Positions 58,556 to 64,000 of a stretch of 64,000 nucleotides of DNA are shown here, piece by piece (the first letter of the stretch is position 1; each line of letters opens with the position of its first letter). Both the position numbers and the translations under genes were made by a program. The stretch is from Pseudomonadota bacterium (GTDB taxonomy: Bacteria > Pseudomonadota > Gammaproteobacteria > Burkholderiales > SG8-39). The notes beneath the pieces are model-generated. The model did not search any database and was not told where the DNA came from. It saw only the letters and a program-made list of their open reading frames with translations. The stretch covers positions 594-64,593 of the forward strand of contig JAFEDL010000004.1 of assembly GCA_018241645.1 (NCBI GenBank). The letters are read 5' to 3'.

Positions 58556-59767
58556 ATGTTGAACGCATACATCTACGACGGCCTGCGCACCCCGATCGGC
58601 CGGCACGCCGGCAAGCTCGCCACCGTGCGCCCCGACGATCTTGCGGCCGGCGTGATCGCCGAAGTGGTCAAGCGGAACGGCGTGAAGCCTGAGGAGATCT
58701 CAGACGTGATCCTCGGCTGCGTCACCCAGGCCGGCGAGGACAGCCGCAACGTGGCGCGCTTCGCCACGCTCGCCTCCGGCCTTCCGGCCACGGTGCCCGG
58801 CGTAACCGTCAACCGGCTGTGCGCGAGCGGCCTGCAGGCAACCGTCGACGCCGCGCGCGCCATCACCTGCGGGGAAGGCGAGCTCTATATCGCGGGCGGC
58901 ACCGAAAGCATGACCCGCGCGCCCTACATCATCGCCAAGCCCTCCTCGGCGTTCGGGCGCGATTCCAAGATGTACGACTCCACCATCGGTTCGCGATTCA
59001 CGAACCCCAAGGTTGCCAAGCTGTTCGGCGACCACGCGATGCCGCAGACCGCGGACAACGTGGCCAAGGACTACGGCATCACCCGCGAGCAGGCCGACGA
59101 GTTCGCCCTCGGGTCGCAGCTGAAATACGCCAAGGCCGAGGCCGAGGGCTTTTACAAGGGCGAGATCCTCCCGGTTGCGCTCCCCGGCGCAAAGAAAGAC
59201 GCGCCGCCGGTCATGGTGAGCGCGGACGAGCACCCGCGCCGCGATGCGACGATGGAGTCGCTGGTCCGGCTGAAGCCGCTCTTCGAAGGCGGAGTGGTCA
59301 CGGCCGGCAACGCTTCGGGCGTGAACGACGGCGCCGCCGCCCTCATCGTTGCAAGCGAGAAATGGGGCAAGGCCAACGGCAGGAAGCCGATTGCGAAGAT
59401 CCTGTCGGCAGCCTCGGCCGCAGTGGAGCCGCGCATCATGGGCGTCGGCCCGGCCTTCGCGATCCCGCTGGCGCTGCAGCGCGCCGGGCTCACGCTCAAG
59501 GACATGGACATCATCGAGATCAACGAAGCCTTCGCCACCCAGATGCTCGGATGCCTCGCGATCATGAAGGTGGACTTCAAGGACCCGCGTGTAAACCCCA
59601 ACGGCGGTGCGATCGCCATCGGGCATCCGCTCGGCTGCTCCGGCGCGCGCCTCGCGATCACGGTCGCAAGGCAGCTCGAGCGCATGAACGGCCGTTACGC
59701 CGCGATTTCGCTGTGCATCGGCGTGGGCCAGGGCCTGGCCATGATCATCGAGCGCACCAGGGCCTGA
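58556..59767 (+). CDS. Acetyl-CoA C-acyltransferase / 3-oxoadipyl-CoA-type thiolase
   Basis: 403 aa from internal ATG of track ORF 57128..59767. VNRLCASGLQA (active Cys), NEAFA, GGAIAIGHPLGCSGARL. Confidence 0.95.
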   Translation: MLNAYIYDGLRTPIGRHAGKLATVRPDDLAAGVIAEVVKRNGVKPEEISDVILGCVTQAGEDSRNVARFATLASGLPATVPGVTVNRLCASGLQATVDAARAITCGEGELYIAGGTESMTRAPYIIAKPSSAFGRDSKMYDSTIGSRFTNPKVAKLFGDHAMPQTADNVAKDYGITREQADEFALGSQLKYAKAEAEGFYKGEILPVALPGAKKDAPPVMVSADEHPRRDATMESLVRLKPLFEGGVVTAGNASGVNDGAAALIVASEKWGKANGRKPIAKILSAASAAVEPRIMGVGPAFAIPLALQRAGLTLKDMDIIEINEAFATQMLGCLAIMKVDFKDPRVNPNGGAIAIGHPLGCSGARLAITVARQLERMNGRYAAISLCIGVGQGLAMIIERTRA

Positions 59768-59786
59768 CTCGGGAACGGGCGGCGCG

Positions 59787-60392
59787 CTAGCTCCTGGCCG
59801 CCCCCTGGTTCTTGGCCTCCAGCGCCTTGATCAGCCCGTCGATGCCGGAGCGGGAGATTTCGCTTGCGAACGTCCCGCGGTAGTTGGCGACCAGGCTGAC
59901 GTTCTCGATCGTCACGTCCACGACCTTCCAGTCGCCCGACGCGTCCTCCATTCGGTAGTCGATCGCGAACGGCGGCCGGCCTGCCTGCCTGACGATGGTC
60001 TTCACCAGCACCTCCCCCTTCGCGGCCGAGGCGGGCAGCGGCTTCACGTCGACGGTCTTGTCGCCGCCCGAGGTGCGGCTCAGCGAAGACGTGTAGGTGT
60101 TGACGAGCAGGGCGCGAAACCCGTTCTCCAGCGCCTTCTTCTGCTCGGGCGTCGCGTCGCGCCACGCCTTGCCGGCGGCCATCTGCGTCATCTGGTTGAA
60201 ATCGAAGTACGGCAGTACCTTCTGCTCGGCGAGGGTGCGCAGGGTCTTCTGGTCGTTGTTCTGCTTGATGACGCCGAGAACTTCTTCCACCACGGACCTC
60301 ACCAGCGCATCCGGCGCGGTGGCCGCCGCGGCTACTGCGCAGGTTGCGGCCAGCAGGGCCGTGGCGACGAACCGCGAGAATGAATGTTTCAT
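59787..60392 (-). CDS. MlaC/Ttg2D-family periplasmic phospholipid-binding protein (orphan)
   Basis: 201 aa from internal Met [67 protein letters not shown]...[15 protein letters not shown]. Confidence 0.75.
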   Translation of the reverse strand: MKHSFSRFVATALLAATCAVAAAATAPDALVRSVVEEVLGVIKQNNDQKTLRTLAEQKVLPYFDFNQMTQMAAGKAWRDATPEQKKALENGFRALLVNTYTSSLSRTSGGDKTVDVKPLPASAAKGEVLVKTIVRQAGRPPFAIDYRMEDASGDWKVVDVTIENVSLVANYRGTFASEISRSGIDGLIKALEAKNQGAARS

Positions 60393-60707
60393 GCTCCGCT
60401 CCTTTGCGGGATGGGGTGCCTTACCCGCTCGCAACTAGCGTGCCATTTCGCCCGGCGCAATGAAATCAGGGGCCTGCATCAGTCCGGACGCGATCCAGCC
60501 CGGCGGATTGTCGTTCGTTCACGACACCGGGTTGGATCCTTTGAGGCGCGAGGACGCGCGCCCCGGGGCACCGGGCCGCGGGCCCGGCCCTCCAACCCAG
60601 GGGCCGCAAGCCTCGCATTGCGCGCCCGAAAAGTCGCACCGACGGGTGCTCCGCCGCGCCCCGGGGAAGTAAAATTGGCCCGAACCCACCGATTGCAGGA
60701 GCACTCC

Positions 60708-61919
60708 ATGAACGCCCCGTCCGCCCTCCCCAAAGCCCGCTTCGTCTGGGACGACCCTTTTCTCCTCGGCGAGCAGTTGTCGGAGGAGGAGCGCATGGTG
60801 CGCGACGCCGCGCACGCCTACTGCCAGGACAAGCTTGCGCCGCGCGTCACCGAAGCCTTCCGCCACGAGAAGACCGACCCGGGGATCTTCCGCGAGATGG
60901 GGGAACTCGGTTTGCTCGGCCCGACGATCCCGGCCGAGTACGGCGGCCCGGGCCTCAACTACGTGAGCTACGGCCTGATCGCACGCGAGGTGGAACGTGT
61001 CGACTCGGGCTACCGCTCGATGATGAGCGTGCAGAGTTCCCTGGTCATGGTGCCGATCTTCGAATTCGGCACCGAGGCGCAGAAGCAGAAATACCTGCCC
61101 AAGCTCGCCAGCGGCGAGTGGATCGGCTGCTTCGGCCTGACCGAACCGAACCACGGCTCCGACCCGGCCTCGATGGTCACCCGCGCGAAGAAGGTCCCCG
61201 GCGGCTATTCGATCTCGGGCGCGAAGATGTGGATCTCGAACTCCCCGATCGCCGACGTGTTCGTGGTCTGGGCGAAGGAAATCGACGGCAACGCCCCGGA
61301 CGGCCCGATCCGCGGATTCGTCCTCGAGAAGGGAATGAAGGGGCTCTCCGCGCCGGCCATCCACAGCAAGGTCGGCTTGCGCGCCTCGATCACCGGCGAG
61401 GTCGTGATGGACGAGGTGTTCTGCCCCGAGGAAAACGCCTTTCCCGATGTGCGCGGCCTCAAGGGCCCGTTCACCTGCCTGAATTCGGCGCGGTTCGGCA
61501 TCGCGTGGGGCGCGCTCGGCGCCGCCGAGGATTGCTTTCACCGGGCGCGGCAATATGTGCTCGATCGCAAGCAGTTCGGCCGGCCGCTCGCGGCCAACCA
61601 GCTGATCCAGAAGAAGCTGGCCGACATGCTGACCGAGATCTCCATCGGCCTGCAGGCGTGCCTGCGGCTCGGGCGCATGAAGGACGAGGGCGGCGCGGCC
61701 GTCGAGATCACTTCGATACTGAAGCGCAATTCCTGCGGAAAATCGCTCGACATTGCGCGCATGGCGCGCGACATGATGGGCGGCAACGGGATCTCGGACG
61801 AATTCGGCGTGGCGCGCCACCTCGTGAACCTCGAGGTGGTGAACACGTACGAGGGCACGCATGACATCCACGCGCTGATCCTCGGCCGCGCGATCACCGG
61901 AATCCAGGCGTTCAGCTGA
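60708..61919 (+). CDS. gcdH: Glutaryl-CoA dehydrogenase
   Basis: 403 aa from internal ATG (residue 109 of track ORF 60384..61919). [51 protein letters not shown]. Confidence 0.93.
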   Translation: MNAPSALPKARFVWDDPFLLGEQLSEEERMVRDAAHAYCQDKLAPRVTEAFRHEKTDPGIFREMGELGLLGPTIPAEYGGPGLNYVSYGLIAREVERVDSGYRSMMSVQSSLVMVPIFEFGTEAQKQKYLPKLASGEWIGCFGLTEPNHGSDPASMVTRAKKVPGGYSISGAKMWISNSPIADVFVVWAKEIDGNAPDGPIRGFVLEKGMKGLSAPAIHSKVGLRASITGEVVMDEVFCPEENAFPDVRGLKGPFTCLNSARFGIAWGALGAAEDCFHRARQYVLDRKQFGRPLAANQLIQKKLADMLTEISIGLQACLRLGRMKDEGGAAVEITSILKRNSCGKSLDIARMARDMMGGNGISDEFGVARHLVNLEVVNTYEGTHDIHALILGRAITGIQAFS

Positions 61920-61923
61920 GAGC

Positions 61924-62610
61924 ATGATCCGCCTCGCCGCCGCGCTCGCCCTCGTCCTGTGCGGGCCGGCCGCGGCGCAGGGGCCGGATTACCCCGGCGC
62001 CCCGGCCGCTACGGGCGGCGCCAACGGGGTATTCCTGGTGGCCAAGCCCCACCTCCTCGACCCTCATTTCAGCCGCACCGTGGTCCTGGTCACCCAGGCC
62101 GACGACTACAGCACGGTAGGCGTGATCATCAACCGCCCGACCACGCTCAAGCTCTCCGATTTCATTTCCGAAGGGGGCGTCGAGACCGGCAAGTATCGCG
62201 ACCGGGTGTTTCTCGGGGGCCCGGTGATGCGCAACGCGCTGGTGGCGGTCTTCCAGGCGGAGTCGCCTCCGGCGGCCCCCGCCTTCCATGTGCTGCGCAA
62301 GCTCTACCTCACCATGCATCCCGACAACATGAAGGCGCTGCTCGAATCCACGGACCGGCGCTACCGGCTGTACGCGGGATTTTCCGGGTGGGCGCCGCGC
62401 CAGCTCGAAAGCGAATTCGACCGCGAGGGCTGGTTCGTGATGCCCGCAGACGAGGAAATCGTATTTCGCAAGGATACGGACGGGATCTGGGAGGAACTCA
62501 TGCAGCGTGCCCAGGCGTTGAAGACGCGCTCGATTCCCCGGCGACCCTCAATGCCGCGGAACCACAAAGCAAAAGGCCCCGCCGAAGGCGGGGCCGGGAT
62601 GCCCGGCTGA
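61924..62610 (+). CDS. YqgE/AlgH (UPF0301)-family protein with N-terminal signal peptide
   Basis: 228 aa. MIRLAAALALVLCGPAAAQG, then FLVAKPHLLDPHFSRTVVLVTQ...GVIINRPT...GGPV...YAGFSGWAPRQLESEFDREGWFVMPA. Confidence 0.72.
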   Translation: MIRLAAALALVLCGPAAAQGPDYPGAPAATGGANGVFLVAKPHLLDPHFSRTVVLVTQADDYSTVGVIINRPTTLKLSDFISEGGVETGKYRDRVFLGGPVMRNALVAVFQAESPPAAPAFHVLRKLYLTMHPDNMKALLESTDRRYRLYAGFSGWAPRQLESEFDREGWFVMPADEEIVFRKDTDGIWEELMQRAQALKTRSIPRRPSMPRNHKAKGPAEGGAGMPG

Positions 62611-62876
62611 CGCCGGGCCGCGCTGCGAGAGCAGTGCGGGTTTCACGTGGCAATTCACCACGCCTTGAGCGCTGCCTAGGACGCAGGGTCCTTCGGCCCT
62701 GCGCACTTTCCTGAAGGTTATCCGGACTGTTGCCCGGACTTCCGACGGTCTTCGCTCGAGTAACTCTTGCGAAGCGGCACCGCTCCTTTCAACCATAGCA
62801 GCTGCATATCCGCTGTCAAGGATTGCGATTACAATTCCTCGGCGACCCCGCACCGCAACACAAGGAGAGCTGTCCG

Positions 62877-63557
62877 ATGCCTGCCCGCTTCTTTGCAGCG
62901 CTCTTCGCGCTCGTCCTGGGGTGGAGCAGTGCAGTGCAGGGCCAGAATGCCGGCCAGGCCGAACAGGCATCGGACGAGGACACGGTATTCCTGGTGGCGC
63001 ACCCGGCATTCCGCGATGCGGGCTACTTCCATACCGTGCTGATCGCGGCGCCGATCCGCGGCGGCGGCCACATCGGCGTGATCCTCAACCGTCCGACCAA
63101 TCGGCCGCTGATCTCGCTCTTCCCGGAGCACGAACCGTCCAAGAAAGTGGCCGAGCCGGTCCGCTATGGGGGCCCGTTCGCCCCGGGCGCCCTGGTCGCA
63201 GTGGTGAAGGCGGAGAAGAGCCCCGGCGTCGGGACCCTGCCGCTCATGAAGAACCTCTTCATCGCGTTTCGCGCGGCCACCATAGACAAGGTAATCGAGG
63301 AGACCCCCAACGACGCGCGCTACTTCGTGGGTTACGTGGGCTGGCGCCCGGGCGAGCTCAAGTCCGAGATCGAGCGAGGGCTCTGGAGCGTGCTGCCGGC
63401 CAACCCGGACACGGTGTTCCGCAAGGACCTGGGCGGCCTGTGGGAAGAATTATTGGCGCAAACGCGCCGGCTCCAGGCAAGAGGAAAGGAAGCGCTTCCG
63501 CTCCCCCTCCTCACGCTTTCACAAACTCCATCGAGCCTTTCTTCCAGTCGACCTTGA
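62877..63557 (+). CDS. Second YqgE/AlgH-family paralogue with signal peptide
   Basis: 226 aa from internal ATG (residue 19 of track ORF 62823..63557). [42 protein letters not shown]...GVILNRPT...GGPF...[26 protein letters not shown]. Confidence 0.7.
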   Translation: MPARFFAALFALVLGWSSAVQGQNAGQAEQASDEDTVFLVAHPAFRDAGYFHTVLIAAPIRGGGHIGVILNRPTNRPLISLFPEHEPSKKVAEPVRYGGPFAPGALVAVVKAEKSPGVGTLPLMKNLFIAFRAATIDKVIEETPNDARYFVGYVGWRPGELKSEIERGLWSVLPANPDTVFRKDLGGLWEELLAQTRRLQARGKEALPLPLLTLSQTPSSLSSSRP

Positions 63558-64000
63558 TCGTGTCCTTGGGGGCGAATCGCCCTTCGAGGATGGCCTTGGC
63601 CAGCGGGTTCTCGATCTGCGCCTGGATCGCGCGCTTCAGCGGCCGCGCCCCGTAGACCGGGTCGAAGCCCTCCTTGGAAAGTTCGGAGAGCGCCGGCTCG
63701 CTGACCTCGAAGCCGTAGTCCATTTTCGCCAGCCGCCCTTTCAGGATCGCCAGCTGGATCGAGGCGATCGACTTGATCTGTGCCTGGCCCAGCCCGTGGA
63801 ACACAACCACCTCGTCGATGCGGTTGATGAACTCCGGCCGGAAATGGCTCTTGACCTCGCCCATCACGGCAAGCTTCACCACGCCGTAGTCGCTGCCCTC
63901 CATCTGCTGGATCATGTGCGAGCCGAGGTTGGACGTCATCACGATGACCGTGTTCTTGAAATCGACCGTGCGGCCCTGCCCGTCGGTCAGGCGCCCGTCG
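63511..64000 (-). CDS. clpB: ClpB disaggregase, C-terminal ~160 codons (gene continues beyond the right edge)
   Basis: ...[19 protein letters not shown]...[18 protein letters not shown]...[25 protein letters not shown]. The frame is open to position 64000. Confidence 0.9.
   Translation of the reverse strand, partial: DGRLTDGQGRTVDFKNTVIVMTSNLGSHMIQQMEGSDYGVVKLAVMGEVKSHFRPEFINRIDEVVVFHGLGQAQIKSIASIQLAILKGRLAKMDYGFEVSEPALSELSKEGFDPVYGARPLKRAIQAQIENPLAKAILEGRFAPKDTIKVDWKKGSMEFVKA

Noticed and set aside
60435-60707. 273-nt GC-rich leader/intergenic region upstream of gcdH with several short palindromes (e.g. CCGGGCC-gcg-GGCCCGG, CCCCGGGG); considered as a riboswitch or sRNA.
   Set aside because: No resemblance to any riboswitch class I know. 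The palindromes are GC-only and short, as expected by chance in this composition. It most likely contains just the divergent promoters.
62611-62876. 266-nt spacer between the two AlgH-like genes containing a GCAGGG-tccttcgg-CCCTGC hairpin; considered as a small RNA or mobile repeat.
   Set aside because: It is a single modest hairpin without a T-tract or repeat partner in the window. It is probably a weak terminator or stabiliser plus the promoter of the second paralogue. The evidence is insufficient for a feature call.

Overview
Very GC-rich, gene-dense chromosomal segment: about 62 protein genes plus one tmRNA. I found no rRNA, tRNA, CRISPR array, transposase or integrase. It looks betaproteobacterial, probably Burkholderiales-like. 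This rests on the gyrA-serC-pheA-hisC-tyrA-aroA-cmk-rpsA supraoperon, the ompA-ubiG-gph-ssrA block, an EarP/Arg32-type EF-P, and several orphan Bug/TctC binding proteins. It is inferred from synteny and motifs only, with no database search. The left 20 kb is housekeeping and the remaining 44 kb is a mosaic of small metabolic operons. Many track ORFs are long antisense or over-extended artefacts of the GC content, so I re-derived starts by in-frame arithmetic from the track. The most interesting candidates follow. (1) A tightly coupled five-gene operon (23.7-31.6 kb) encodes a MaoC::phosphotransacylase fusion, an acyl kinase, a 799-aa DUF3141 protein with a PhaC-like Cys-Asp-His arrangement, a FabI-type enoyl reductase and a CoA-transferase. 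An FNR/Anr-like box lies upstream, and I read the operon as a possible ATP-yielding anaerobic polyhydroxyalkanoate or acyl-thioester fermentation module. (2) A secreted TPR-CHAT protein whose catalytic Cys position is Thr carries a ~185-aa Pro/Ala linker with three PPP motifs and sits directly downstream of earP-efp. (3) A PilZ-signature 534-aa protein is translationally coupled to a small membrane protein. (4) An orphan form-II CoxL-like molybdoenzyme is fused into an operon with usp, a secreted FecR-like protein and pta. (5) A sulfoacetate/sulfoacetaldehyde (sauS/sauT/xsc-like) cluster carries two TctC binding proteins instead of an MFS transporter. (6) A MerR regulator with a CueR-like Cx7C loop and a textbook 19-bp-spacer promoter controls DUF2938, a flavodoxin-like reductase and DUF2798. 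(7) A URO-D-like / amidohydrolase / COG0523 metallochaperone operon. All functional assignments come from motif recognition by eye, and none was verified by search.
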